A stretch of DNA of 64,000 nt, from the IMG/VR virus record IMGVR_UViG_3300022602_000089. One strand, 5' to 3'. The stretch's first letter is position 1. Each line of letters opens with the position of its first letter. This document shows, in pieces, positions 9,890 to 19,966 of the stretch. The notes under the pieces were generated by a model, which saw only the letters and a list, made by a program, of their open reading frames with translations, was not told where the DNA came from and did not search any database. This DNA comes from an uncultured virus (IMG/VR IMGVR_UViG_3300022602_000089). Lineage: Duplodnaviria; Heunggongvirae; Uroviricota; Caudoviricetes. The translations under genes were made by a program, and so were the position numbers.

Positions 9890-10678
9890 ATGGCACAAAG
9901 CCCAAGTGGAATACCGAATACTAATAATTCGGTGCAATCGATTAGCCGTGAGTCTAGAACTGAGCCATTTGATTTACAGGTTTCTCGTAATCAGATTTAC
10001 GGTCATCAAACATTAAGTCTTTTTGGTTATCAATCTGCTGTCGGGAATACAAAAATTCCTGTTTGGGAAAATGCCACTACGTATACATACATTACAAGTG
10101 CATCTACATTAACATTAGCAAGTTCTTCAGCGTCAGACGATACTTTAGCAAACATATTAATTAACGGTCTTGATGCAAACTTTAAACCAATTTCTGAAAC
10201 ACTTACATTAAACGGTGTTACAGGAGTTACAACTATCAATAGTTATTTTCGTGTAAACAGTTTATTAATGGTTTCACCGGGTACAGGACAAACTACCAAC
10301 GTAGGAACTATTACTTTAAAGCAATCATCAAATATTGTTGCCCAAATTAATGCGGGTATTGGTAAATCACAAAGTACTGTATATACTGTGCCAGCAGGAT
10401 ATTCTTTTTACTTAGATTTTGCCGAAGTAAATACATCCAATAGTTATACATCGTCAAATATTGTTACTTATTCAGTTCAGGCAATTAATAACAATACGGG
10501 TGTAAAACTTCAAGTATTACAACAACCATTTGTGTCTATTTATACAGCGAATAGATCATCTGACCCATATCTTTATTCAGAAAAAACTGATGTCCAATGG
10601 CAATTAGTTACAAGTACAGCAACTACTATTGCGGCTGGCGTTATTATTGCTGGCAAACTTATTTCTAACGGATCGTAA
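9890..10678 (+). CDS. Virion structural protein
   Basis: SD AGGAG; S/T-rich; YTVPAG and EKTDV motifs. Confidence 0.65.
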   Translation: MAQSPSGIPNTNNSVQSISRESRTEPFDLQVSRNQIYGHQTLSLFGYQSAVGNTKIPVWENATTYTYITSASTLTLASSSASDDTLANILINGLDANFKPISETLTLNGVTGVTTINSYFRVNSLLMVSPGTGQTTNVGTITLKQSSNIVAQINAGIGKSQSTVYTVPAGYSFYLDFAEVNTSNSYTSSNIVTYSVQAINNNTGVKLQVLQQPFVSIYTANRSSDPYLYSEKTDVQWQLVTSTATTIAAGVIIAGKLISNGS

Positions 10679-10679
10679 T

Positions 10680-10940
10680 GTGGCTACCAAAAAGAAAACC
10701 CCTAGTTTAGCCATTGGTAGAGGTGAGAAATTACCTGCATCCAAGGGTGCAGGATTAACTGCTAAGGGTCGTGCAAAATACAATGCGGCTACAGGTTCGC
10801 ATTTAAAGGCACCACAACCCGAAGGTGGTCCACGTAAGAAATCTTTTTGTGCAAGAATGAGCGGTATGCCAGGACCGATGAAAGACGAGAATGGCAAACC
10901 AACACGTAAAGCAGCAAGTTTAAAGAGATGGAAATGTTAA
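10680..10940 (+). CDS. Small basic phage protein (DUF6321-like)
   Basis: GTG start right after the previous stop; GLTAKGR, RKKSFCARM and SLKRWKC motifs. Confidence 0.65.
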   Translation: MATKKKTPSLAIGRGEKLPASKGAGLTAKGRAKYNAATGSHLKAPQPEGGPRKKSFCARMSGMPGPMKDENGKPTRKAASLKRWKC

Positions 10941-10941
10941 T

Positions 10942-11133
10942 ATGAGTGAACATATAAATAACACGGCAAAAGCAGTAGGTGACATAGCTTCTATAGCAAC
11001 AGTAATTGGCACTTTGGTGAATATATTGCCGGCTATAGCTGCTTTATTTACAATAATTTGGACGGCTATTCGCATTTATGAAACCGTGACAGTACAAAAA
11101 ATGTTAGGTAATAAAGATGCCGAGCACAAGTAA
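10942..11133 (+). CDS. Small membrane protein (holin-like)
   Basis: 63 aa with a long hydrophobic segment ending IIWTAIRIYE. Confidence 0.55.
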   Translation: MSEHINNTAKAVGDIASIATVIGTLVNILPAIAALFTIIWTAIRIYETVTVQKMLGNKDAEHK

Positions 11134-11587
11134 AAAACAACATAATTTGATGGAAGCGGTTGCACATAGTCCGGCATTCGCTAAAAAGGTAGGGATACCA
11201 CAGTCAGTAGGTAAGGACTTTTCAACCGCCGATAAAGGCAAAAAATTTACGAAAGGTGGCAACACTATGGCAACAAATCCAGCGATGTTAAAACGTATGA
11301 TGATGGCTAAAAAAGCAGGGTCTATGGGTTCAGCCCCTGCCCCTGCCGCAGCCGCACCAGCAGCCCCAGGAATGGGAATGGAAATGAAAAAAGGAGGAAA
11401 GACCGTGAAGAAAATGGCAAGTGGTGGTATGGCGAAAGAAACTATGGGCTCTGTAAAAACTAATACTAAAGCTGCTCATGGCGACGGTATTGCCGAACGT
11501 GGTAAAACTCGTGCGATGATGCCTAAAATGGGTGGGTCTACAACTGGTATGAAAAAAGGCGGAATGGCTAAAAAAGGTAAATGTTAA
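11117..11587 (+). CDS. Lys/Met/Gly-rich basic protein with repeated xxxGG motifs
   Basis: FTKGG, MKKGG twice, MASGG; DGIAERGKTR. Confidence 0.75.
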   Translation: MPSTSKKQHNLMEAVAHSPAFAKKVGIPQSVGKDFSTADKGKKFTKGGNTMATNPAMLKRMMMAKKAGSMGSAPAPAAAAPAAPGMGMEMKKGGKTVKKMASGGMAKETMGSVKTNTKAAHGDGIAERGKTRAMMPKMGGSTTGMKKGGMAKKGKC

Positions 11588-11589
11588 TC

Positions 11590-11745
11590 ATGGAACATAA
11601 ACATAAAATAGAACACGATAAAAAACATGCAGCTGGATACCAGCATGAGCAAGAAAAAGTTACTAAACATAGCGCGGGCCATAAAATGCACCATGACCAC
11701 GTAAAAGCTATGTGTGGTGGGGGCATGTCTAAGGGTAAGAAGTGA
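11590..11745 (+). CDS. 51-aa His-rich protein (not in the ORF track)
   Basis: MEHKHKIEHDKKHAAGYQHEQEKVTKHSAGHKMHHDHVKAMCGGGMSKGKK; fills the gap exactly, with GTGA overlap to the next gene. Confidence 0.75.
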   Translation: MEHKHKIEHDKKHAAGYQHEQEKVTKHSAGHKMHHDHVKAMCGGGMSKGKK

Positions 11746-12002
11746 AAGCTTCTCGCGGAATGGGTGATATTAACCCATCTAAAATGCCTAAAGCTAAAAC
11801 GATTGTCCGTAAGGATGATCCGAATGACGTTACTATGTATAAAAAAGGTGGTAAGGTTTGGGATAAACCTAGACCTAAAGATTTAGGTAAACCCAAGAAG
11901 ATGAGCTCAGCTAAAAAATCTGAAGCTAAAGCATCGGCTAAAGCAGCTGGGAGACCTTACCCTAACTTAATCGATAATATGAAAGCGGCGAGAAAAAAAT
12001 GA
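11742..12002 (+). CDS. Small basic protein
   Basis: SRGMGDINPSK, YKKGG and AGRPYPNLIDNM; coupled at both ends. Confidence 0.7.
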   Translation: MKASRGMGDINPSKMPKAKTIVRKDDPNDVTMYKKGGKVWDKPRPKDLGKPKKMSSAKKSEAKASAKAAGRPYPNLIDNMKAARKK

Positions 12003-12298
12003 ACTTATTTGAAAAAGCAATTTATTTTGCAAAGAGCGTTGGTCATTCTATAGAGAGTGAAGAACATAAATTAATTAATGAGTTTATCTCTTACTTAGGA
12101 AGCGAAAAAGTAATTTCTGGGTTTTCAGATTCGCCGGTTATAAAACAATTTGCAGCTACAATTGCTCCACAACCAGATTCAACTCCCGCTCTTGTTGCTC
12201 CTCCGACTATTATCGTCCCTGTAGAAACACCTGCGCCTGTAGAAACACCTGAGCCTGTAGAAACACCTGCGCCTGTAGAAACACCTGCGGCGGGTTAA
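11999..12298 (+). CDS. Hypothetical protein with Pro-rich tail
   Basis: ATGA coupling; four PVETP(A/E) units. Confidence 0.65.
   Translation: MNLFEKAIYFAKSVGHSIESEEHKLINEFISYLGSEKVISGFSDSPVIKQFAATIAPQPDSTPALVAPPTIIVPVETPAPVETPEPVETPAPVETPAAG
12218..12289 (+). repeat. 18-bp tandem repeat, 4 copies (CCTGTAGAAACACCTGMG)
   Basis: Read directly; only one position varies. Confidence 0.95.
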
Positions 12299-12301
12299 TA
12301 G

Positions 12302-13249
12302 ATGAGTACTTCTGGGTTAACTACGTTTAACCTTGACATGGGCGACCTTGTTGAGGAAGCTTTTGAACGATGCGGTACGCAATCACGTTCTGGATATGAT
12401 TTTAGAACTGCTGCCCGTAGCGTTAACCTATTGACAATCGAATGGGCAAATCGCGGTATTAATCTTTGGACTATCGAACAGGGTCAAATCCCTATTAATA
12501 TTAATGCTGGGCAGATTAGTTATCCGATCCCAACTGACACAATAGATTTGTATGACCATGTAATCCGTCAAGGTGTAGGGCAACAACAAGTAGATATTAA
12601 CATCACCCGTATTTCAGCCGACGTATATCTTACAATACCTACTAAAAACGCTACTGGTAGACCTATTCAAGTCTGGATAGATAGGCAGTCAGGTAACGTA
12701 GATTCAACTGCTGTAACCACCTTATCGCAAGCCGCAAGTGCAACTGATACAACTTTGTACGTTACATCCACTGCTAATATGCGTAGTCAAGGCTATATCA
12801 ATATCGATGGTGAGACTATTCTCTATCAAAATATAGGTACAGCTAACGGTGGTAATGCTAATCAGCTACTTAATTGTTATCGTGGTATGAACAATACGAC
12901 TGCTACATCTCATACTTCCGGCGCGAGCCTGTACGTAAATTACCTACCAAACATTAATATTTGGCCTACTGGTGTGCCAGGGACTCAGTACAATTTTGTT
13001 TATTGGCGTATGCGTCGTTTGCAAGATGCAGGAACTGGTCTCATCAACCAAGATATTCCGTTTCGCTGGATTCCTGTTATGGTGGCTGGACTATCATTCT
13101 ATATATCTATGAAACTTATAGGCGTTGATCCGCAGCGTATTCCAATGCTAAAAAACGAATATGAACAACAGTTTCAATTTGCGCAAGATGAGGATAGGGA
13201 AAAAGCTTCGTGGCGTATTGTGCCTCGCAACATGAACTATTATAGGTAA
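12302..13249 (+). CDS. Head-tail adaptor/tubular tail protein
   Basis: TSGxTTFNLD, EEAFERCG, WANRGINLW, GRP and IWP motifs; internal inserted beta domain. Confidence 0.65.
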   Translation: MSTSGLTTFNLDMGDLVEEAFERCGTQSRSGYDFRTAARSVNLLTIEWANRGINLWTIEQGQIPININAGQISYPIPTDTIDLYDHVIRQGVGQQQVDINITRISADVYLTIPTKNATGRPIQVWIDRQSGNVDSTAVTTLSQAASATDTTLYVTSTANMRSQGYINIDGETILYQNIGTANGGNANQLLNCYRGMNNTTATSHTSGASLYVNYLPNINIWPTGVPGTQYNFVYWRMRRLQDAGTGLINQDIPFRWIPVMVAGLSFYISMKLIGVDPQRIPMLKNEYEQQFQFAQDEDREKASWRIVPRNMNYYR

Positions 13250-13252
13250 ACC

Positions 13253-13681
13253 ATGGCTAATAAGTTTGCTTCTGGTAAACACTCGATTGCCGAATGCGAC
13301 CGTTGTGGGGAGCGTTATAAATTACATATGTTGCGTACTGAGGTACTTAAAACACACCCATACAAGATAAAAGTATGTAAACAATGTTGGGATCCAGATC
13401 AACCGCAATTACAGTTGGGTATGTATCCAGTTTATGATCCACAAGGTGTACGTGAACCAAGACCAGATGTATCGTATTATTCGTCAGGCACTACTGGACT
13501 ATACATAAATCCAACGGCAAGTAACAATGTAAACAATGCCGGATATCCGTCTGATGGTAGTAGAAATACACAGTGGGGTTGGAATCCAGTAGGAGGAGCA
13601 AGAGGATTTGCCGATGCTTTTGTTCCAAATGACTTGAATTTAGTGATTACAATAGGTACAGTTACTGTATCAACAACTTAG
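13253..13681 (+). CDS. Zinc-ribbon neck-module protein
   Basis: CDRC...CKQCWD, then PQLQ and PRPD. Confidence 0.65.
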   Translation: MANKFASGKHSIAECDRCGERYKLHMLRTEVLKTHPYKIKVCKQCWDPDQPQLQLGMYPVYDPQGVREPRPDVSYYSSGTTGLYINPTASNNVNNAGYPSDGSRNTQWGWNPVGGARGFADAFVPNDLNLVITIGTVTVSTT

Positions 13682-13691
13682 GAGCATTAAA

Positions 13692-13925
13692 ATGGCTAAA
13701 GCAATGAGTGAAAAAGAAGATATCAAGCAAGATAAAGCTATCGTTAAAAAAGCTTTTAGTATGCACGATAAACAAGAACACGGCGGCAAACACACGGACT
13801 TATCTAAACTTAAAAAAGGTGGTAAAGTTAAGAAGATGGCTAAAGGCGGTGTGACAGGACAAGCTATGAAAGCTATGGGACGTAACCTTGCGCGCGCACG
13901 TAATCAAAAACCTGGGAGCAAATAA
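13692..13925 (+). CDS. Small basic protein with xxKGG motifs
   Basis: LKKGG, MAKGG, GRNLAR; SD AGGAG. Confidence 0.75.
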   Translation: MAKAMSEKEDIKQDKAIVKKAFSMHDKQEHGGKHTDLSKLKKGGKVKKMAKGGVTGQAMKAMGRNLARARNQKPGSK

Positions 13926-14236
13926 TGGCTACTAAAATTCCAGCAACTACTAAAAATAGCCCAGCTATTGCTAGACCAAGAGAAGTGCATAATAACGATG
14001 CAACGGCTTATGCTCCACCACACAAAATGACTGGGGAAAAAATTAGCCCTAAAACAGATTCTTTTGTAACTAAAGATCCTAATAAATTAACTGCTGGTGA
14101 GCTTGGATTTAAAGAAGGAACACCTCGCGTTAGCATGGGCGACCCTGGTAAAGATAATGTTAAACATGACGGCATTGAAATGCGTGGTGCTGGCGCAGCT
14201 ACTAAAGGGCGTATAAGTCGGGGACCGATGGCGTAA
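13925..14236 (+). CDS. Small basic protein
   Basis: C-terminal MRGAGAATKG...RGPMA; TAATG coupling. Confidence 0.7.
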   Translation: MATKIPATTKNSPAIARPREVHNNDATAYAPPHKMTGEKISPKTDSFVTKDPNKLTAGELGFKEGTPRVSMGDPGKDNVKHDGIEMRGAGAATKGRISRGPMA

Positions 14237-15201
14237 TGAACTACGAACAATTGTTTAACACTATTCAATCGTACGCTCAAAATACTGAGTCTACGTTTTT
14301 AGCTTACATTCCTACATTTATTCAGGAGTGTGAGGAGCGTGTTTATAATTCTGTTCAGTTTCCATCGCTACGGTCAAATAAGACGGGTACATTAACTGCG
14401 TCTAATCAATATCTGTCTCTACCTAATGATTATCTATCTACGTACTCTTTAGCTATCATCGATCCAATTACAGGTAACTACACATACCTTTTAAATAAAG
14501 ACGTTAACTTTATTCGTGAACTCTACCCAAATCCTACAGTAACTAGCCCGCCTAAATATTATGCGTTATTTGGTAATCAGTACTCAAATCCAAATGAACT
14601 TTCATTTATTTTAGGCCCTACACCAGATAAAAGTTATTCAGTAGAGATGCATTATTTTTATTATCCACCTTCTATTGTTCAAGGAATTATTACAACTATT
14701 AACTTAACCAATGTAGGGGCTAATTATATTCCAGGATTTTATCCAAACGTACCATTTCAATACGCTAGTACAAGCGGAAACCAATCAGGAGTTGGCGGGT
14801 ATGGGGATGTACTGGTTGGAAATACTGGAACTATTGTTTCTGTTAGTCTACAAAACGGGGGCAGCTTTTATCTATCTAATGATATTTTAAGTGTAAATAC
14901 TTCTTATTTAGGTGGTAGTTCTACAGCTTCTGGATTTAGCTTTACTGTAAACACTACAAATAACTCTAACGGTCAAAGCTGGTTAGGCGATAATTTTGAC
15001 CCGGTCCTTTTATATGGCTCAATGCGTGAAGCGATGATCTTTATGAAGGGTGAACAAGATATGGTCTCTTACTACGAAGATAAATACAAAGAGGCTCTTC
15101 AATTAGCTATTAGGCTTGGTAATGGTATGGAGCGCGGTGATGCGTACCGAGACGGCCAGACTAAACTTAATACTAATCTTAGAGGGAATGTTATAACATG
15201 A
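14236..15201 (+). CDS. Tail adaptor-type protein with inserted domain
   Basis: MNYxQL, IPTFI..EER, PKYYA, GPTPD, WLGDN and LLYGS motifs. Confidence 0.65.
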   Translation: MNYEQLFNTIQSYAQNTESTFLAYIPTFIQECEERVYNSVQFPSLRSNKTGTLTASNQYLSLPNDYLSTYSLAIIDPITGNYTYLLNKDVNFIRELYPNPTVTSPPKYYALFGNQYSNPNELSFILGPTPDKSYSVEMHYFYYPPSIVQGIITTINLTNVGANYIPGFYPNVPFQYASTSGNQSGVGGYGDVLVGNTGTIVSVSLQNGGSFYLSNDILSVNTSYLGGSSTASGFSFTVNTTNNSNGQSWLGDNFDPVLLYGSMREAMIFMKGEQDMVSYYEDKYKEALQLAIRLGNGMERGDAYRDGQTKLNTNLRGNVIT

Positions 15202-15653
15202 TTACCCAGACATCATGCACAGTATTTCAACAGAATTTATTGAACGGCAATGAAAACTTTACTACTGGGTCTTATAAGATTGCTTTATATACAGCACTGG
15301 CTAATTTAAACCAGCAAACCGCTGCCTATACAGCTACAAATGAAGTTGTAGGAACAGGGTATACGGCGGGCGGAAAAACATTAGTTATATCAAATACACC
15401 CACACAAAACACGCAATACAATGTAACTTATGTATCTTTTAATAATGTAGTTTGGAACCCCGCGAGCTTTACTGCAAGAGGCGCGTTAGTCTATAATGCA
15501 ACTACAGGTGCGGCATGTTTTATTTTAAATTTTGGATCAGATAAAATTTGTACGACTAGTTTTACCGTGCAATTCCCAACAGCAGCATATAACAGTGCGA
15601 TTTTAACTATTGGCACTAATACAAGCAGTATTAACTATAGCAGCCCAGATTAG
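15198..15653 (+). CDS. Tail/fibre-base protein
   Basis: YKIALYT, NEVxGTGYTAGG and FTARGALVYN motifs. Confidence 0.65.
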   Translation: MITQTSCTVFQQNLLNGNENFTTGSYKIALYTALANLNQQTAAYTATNEVVGTGYTAGGKTLVISNTPTQNTQYNVTYVSFNNVVWNPASFTARGALVYNATTGAACFILNFGSDKICTTSFTVQFPTAAYNSAILTIGTNTSSINYSSPD

Positions 15654-15661
15654 GAGAAATT

Positions 15662-16261
15662 ATGATTAATGAATTAGGAAGCTGTGGCGATAACGCTGTA
15701 GCAAATTGGGGAACAAGTGTTACTATTCCTGAAGGTATGGGCGTAGCAGGACACTATCATGTTGAGTGTCGCGATGCTCAAGGCAATTTAAAATGGGAAG
15801 AAAAGTTCCCTAACTTGGTAGTTGCCGTTGGTAAACAGTTAATGCTTGATACATTACTTAAAGGTTCTTCTTATTCAGTTGTTGGACCGTATTTAGGTTT
15901 AATTGGTAACTCAACTACATTCCTTGCCGCAGATACAATGGGTTCACATACTTGGACTGAGTTTGTTAACTATACAGTTGGCGGTTCAGCAGTTCGTGGG
16001 ACAGCGGTATTTGCCTCTTCTACATCATCTGGTTTAAGTCCTTCTAACGTAACTACCTCAACAGCCTCCTCGATTACTTATACGATTACTGGCGCAGGTG
16101 GTACGGTTTATGGATGTTTTTTGGTTACAGGTTCAGGCGCTGTTAATACACAAAGTTCTACTGCTGGTGTCTTATATTCAGAAGGTAACTTTGCAACTGC
16201 TAAAACAACAACCGCTGGCGATACTGTCGCTGTAACATATAGTACAACCGCAACAAGTTAA
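15662..16261 (+). CDS. Tail structural protein
   Basis: G.LKWEE..PNLVV..G N-terminus; T/S/G-rich. Confidence 0.65.
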   Translation: MINELGSCGDNAVANWGTSVTIPEGMGVAGHYHVECRDAQGNLKWEEKFPNLVVAVGKQLMLDTLLKGSSYSVVGPYLGLIGNSTTFLAADTMGSHTWTEFVNYTVGGSAVRGTAVFASSTSSGLSPSNVTTSTASSITYTITGAGGTVYGCFLVTGSGAVNTQSSTAGVLYSEGNFATAKTTTAGDTVAVTYSTTATS

Positions 16262-16271
16262 GGAGTCCTAA

Positions 16272-19055
16272 ATGGCTCTAGTAGTATATGACCGAGTACA
16301 AGAAACTACGGCTACCACAGGTACGGGTTCAGTAACCCTTGGTGGTGCTGTAGCAGGCTATCAATCTTTTGCCGTAATCGGTAATGGGAACTTGGTCTAC
16401 TACACCATTTTAAATGGTAATGCATGGGAAGTCGGTATTGGAACATACTCGACTACTGGTCCAACCCTAGCAAGAACCACGGTATTATCTAATTCAAATG
16501 GGAATACTTCCCCGATTTCATTGTCAGGATCATCTTTTGTCTGGTGTGATTACCCATCCGAAAAGGCAGTTTATTATGACAATAATGGCGTTTTAACCAT
16601 TGGCTCAACGATTGGTTATTCAGACACAGGGATTATTGCTTCGTTTGCATCGACTGTTGCAGGGTATAACCAAGTTATTTTCCAAAACAAAAGCAGTAAT
16701 TCAGGAGCATCTTCTAATTTAAACGTATCAAATGATGCCGCTACTGCAACTGCGGGGTATGCTGAGTTTGGTATTAACTCAAGTACATTTACAGGTTCAG
16801 GATCATTTAACCTTCCAGGTGCTTCTTATTTAGCCTCTGCATCTACAGACTTAGCCATTGGTACATATGGTGCGTATAACATCCACTTTGTAACCAATAG
16901 CAATACAACTGATGCGATGACTATCTTTAATGATGGTGGTGCGTCTCTTGGTGGTCTTGGCGACCCCGGCATAGGAAACGTGGCAGTTAATAACGCAGTT
17001 GTAGGGTTTACAGCAATTACATCATCTGCTACAGCAGTTTCATTATTGGCAAGTTCTACTCAAGTTCAAGCAGTGATAGGTTCAGTAGCCCAAATAATTA
17101 ACTTGCCACAAGCAACGACTTTACTTAAGGGAACTTTTTATACCATATCAAATGCATCAAGTGCAAACGTAACGGTATATGACAATTCGGGAACATTACT
17201 TGAAACAATTACACCGGGTGGTGCGGCACAGTTCTTATGCACATCAAATGCGACAAGTGCAGGTACATTCGGTATTCGTGTGTTTGCCGCATCTAACGTG
17301 CAGTGGGGTAATACCGCTTTAAATTACACAGGAAATATTACAGGTGCGACTTGGAATGGTGTAACAATTGGTACAGGTTATGGTGGCACAGGTCTTACTG
17401 CATTTAGTTCAGGAACAAATGCTTTATATTCAACATCAACAACTAACTTAAGTTCGGGAACATTGCCTCCTGCGGCAGGTGGAACAGGCGTAACAACCAC
17501 CCCATCAAACGGTCAATTGTTAATTGGTAATGGCTCTAACTATACCGTAGCAACATTAGGGACAAGTACAGGTATTAGCACTACAACAGGTTCAGGTACT
17601 TTAATAATAAATAATACAGGTGTTACATCAGCCGTAGCAGGTACAGGTATTTCAGTTTCAGGTGCAACGGGCGCAGTTACCATTACTAATGCATCACCAA
17701 TGATTTATCCAAGCGCAGGTATTCCTAATTCAACAGGTTCTGCATGGGGCACATCATATTCAACAACAGGCTCAGGTTCTGTAGTATTAAGTACATCTCC
17801 TACATTAACCACTCCAAACTTAGGAACACCTAGTGCCGTAGTTTTAACCAACGCCACTTCTGTTCCAGTAAACCAAGCAACGGGTACCTTAGCATATGGT
17901 AATGGCGGTACAGGTTTAACATCTACGCCTACTAGCGGTCAACTTGATATTGGTAATGGCTCAGGATTTACGAGAACTACTTTAACTCAAGGTACGGGAA
18001 TAGGCATTGTAAACGGTGCGGGTTCTATTACTATTAACAATGCTGGAGTAACATCAGCAGTCGCAGGTACAGGTATTAGCGTTTCAGGCTCAACAGGTGC
18101 GGTTACTATAACCAACGCAGGTGTTACCTCAATTACAGGAACGGCATCTCAAATTACAGCCTCTGCATCAACAGGTGGCGTTACACTTAGTTTGCCAAGC
18201 ACCATTAACGTAAATACATCAGGTAATGCTGCAAATGTTACAGGAACAGTTGCAGCGGCTAATGGTGGAACAGGCGCAACAACCACACCATCAAATGGTC
18301 AGTTATTAATAGGTAATGGCACAAATTATACTGTAGCAACATTAGGTACAGGTACAGGTATTAGTACAACCACAGGTTCAGGTACTTTAACAATTAATAA
18401 CACAGGCGTGACCTCTTTTACATCAAGTTCAGGTTTATCTACCAATACAAGCGCAACAGGTGCTGTATCAGTTACCAATACAGGAGTTACATCTGCGGTA
18501 GCAGGAACAGGAATAAGCGTTTCGGGTTCAACAGGTGCTGTCACAATTACCAATTCAGGTGTTACCGCTTTAACAGGAACAACAAATCAAATAACCGTTT
18601 CTGCGTCTACAGGTTCCGTCACTTTATCAACACCGCAAGCAATTGGTACAGCATCAAGTGTACAGTTTGGTTCGTTTGGTGTAGGTACAGCGGCATCAGG
18701 TACAACAGGTGAAATTCGGGCAACGAATAACATTACTGCGTACTACTCATCTGATAGAAAGTTTAAAGAAAACATTCAACCGATCCCTAATGCATTAGAT
18801 TCCGTAATGGCAATTGGCGGTAAATTGTATGATTGGACAGATGATTATTTAAATGACCGTGGCGGTGCAGATGGTTATTTCTATCAAAAACAAGATTTTG
18901 GTATGATTGCCCAAGATGTAGAAAAATCCTTCCCACGTGCGGTAAGAAAACGCCCTGATGGTTCTTTGGCATTGGATTATGAAAAAATGTGTGCCTTGGC
19001 TTTCCAAGCAATCATTGAATTAAAGGCAGAAATTGAATTATTAAAGGCTAAATAA
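16272..19055 (+). CDS. Long tail fibre with C-terminal intramolecular chaperone (peptidase S74) domain
   Basis: DRVQETT N-terminus; GGTG and GTGISVSG repeats; C-terminal SSDRKFKENI, GMIAQDV, LDYEK and coiled coil. Confidence 0.85.
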   Translation: MALVVYDRVQETTATTGTGSVTLGGAVAGYQSFAVIGNGNLVYYTILNGNAWEVGIGTYSTTGPTLARTTVLSNSNGNTSPISLSGSSFVWCDYPSEKAVYYDNNGVLTIGSTIGYSDTGIIASFASTVAGYNQVIFQNKSSNSGASSNLNVSNDAATATAGYAEFGINSSTFTGSGSFNLPGASYLASASTDLAIGTYGAYNIHFVTNSNTTDAMTIFNDGGASLGGLGDPGIGNVAVNNAVVGFTAITSSATAVSLLASSTQVQAVIGSVAQIINLPQATTLLKGTFYTISNASSANVTVYDNSGTLLETITPGGAAQFLCTSNATSAGTFGIRVFAASNVQWGNTALNYTGNITGATWNGVTIGTGYGGTGLTAFSSGTNALYSTSTTNLSSGTLPPAAGGTGVTTTPSNGQLLIGNGSNYTVATLGTSTGISTTTGSGTLIINNTGVTSAVAGTGISVSGATGAVTITNASPMIYPSAGIPNSTGSAWGTSYSTTGSGSVVLSTSPTLTTPNLGTPSAVVLTNATSVPVNQATGTLAYGNGGTGLTSTPTSGQLDIGNGSGFTRTTLTQGTGIGIVNGAGSITINNAGVTSAVAGTGISVSGSTGAVTITNAGVTSITGTASQITASASTGGVTLSLPSTINVNTSGNAANVTGTVAAANGGTGATTTPSNGQLLIGNGTNYTVATLGTGTGISTTTGSGTLTINNTGVTSFTSSSGLSTNTSATGAVSVTNTGVTSAVAGTGISVSGSTGAVTITNSGVTALTGTTNQITVSASTGSVTLSTPQAIGTASSVQFGSFGVGTAASGTTGEIRATNNITAYYSSDRKFKENIQPIPNALDSVMAIGGKLYDWTDDYLNDRGGADGYFYQKQDFGMIAQDVEKSFPRAVRKRPDGSLALDYEKMCALAFQAIIELKAEIELLKAK
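17470..18570 (+). repeat. Internal repeats of the tail fibre shaft
   Basis: GGTG..TPSNGQLLIGNG..TL..GTGI occurs three times and GVTSAVAGTGISVSG.TGAVTITN three times. Confidence 0.85.
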
Positions 19056-19957
19056 TGTTTGGTCTTACCACCTTTGCTCAACGCCCATTTAATGCATTAG
19101 GTGGCGGTGCCGCATACGCTTTATCTATTTCTGAAGATTCAGGTCTTGCCGACTCAAGTAGTCAACTAAGTACATTCTTAGAAAGCATTTCCGAAAATAT
19201 TGTAATGAACAACGGCGATGCAGAACAACAGAATTTATATGCAAACGTATCTGAAAACGTGAGTATGGCGGATTCTAACTCACAGCTGTTTGCATTTTTA
19301 CAATCCATATCAGAAAATTTAAACGCCGCAGAGTCTGAATCAATCGCCGCACAATTTGCGGTAAACGATACGGAACAAATAACAGTTAACGACACATTCT
19401 CGTCTTATTTTGCTGCTTTAGAATCCGATACTGAAAATGTTAATATGGCAGATAGTAGTAATCAGCAATCAAACTTTGCGCAAAACATTAATGAAAACAG
19501 TAACTTAAATGATACTAGAAATATTACTGCGCAGTTTTTAGTAAGTATTGCCGAAAATCTTGCACCAGCGGAATTAGAAACAATAACTGCTCAGTTTAAA
19601 TCAAGCGTTGCTGAAGCTATAACAATAGCTGACGTAGAAATAGTTATCCAACAATTTAATTTAAGTTTTTCTGAAAATTTTGGGGTATCAAGCGCACAGT
19701 CAATTACAGCGCAGTTTGTGCAATCGGTGGCAGAAGCAGTAACAATGAACGATTTAAGCACTCAACAGTCAAATTTCTTAGATTCAATCGTGGAAAATTT
19801 TAATATTTTAGATTCGCAATTTGTTACTGGATGGATTAAAATTAATGATAATCAAACAACTACTTGGACTTCGGTATATAACCAAAACTCAATAAGTTGG
19901 AGTAGTATTACAAATAATCAAATACCAAATTGGACAATTATAAATAACCAGCAATAA
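19055..19957 (+). CDS. Tail-fibre-associated acidic repetitive protein
   Basis: MFG..FA..PF start; recurring S.SEN...D and AQF units; W-repeat C-terminus. Confidence 0.6.
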   Translation: MFGLTTFAQRPFNALGGGAAYALSISEDSGLADSSSQLSTFLESISENIVMNNGDAEQQNLYANVSENVSMADSNSQLFAFLQSISENLNAAESESIAAQFAVNDTEQITVNDTFSSYFAALESDTENVNMADSSNQQSNFAQNINENSNLNDTRNITAQFLVSIAENLAPAELETITAQFKSSVAEAITIADVEIVIQQFNLSFSENFGVSSAQSITAQFVQSVAEAVTMNDLSTQQSNFLDSIVENFNILDSQFVTGWIKINDNQTTTWTSVYNQNSISWSSITNNQIPNWTIINNQQ

Positions 19958-19966
19958 GGATAAATT

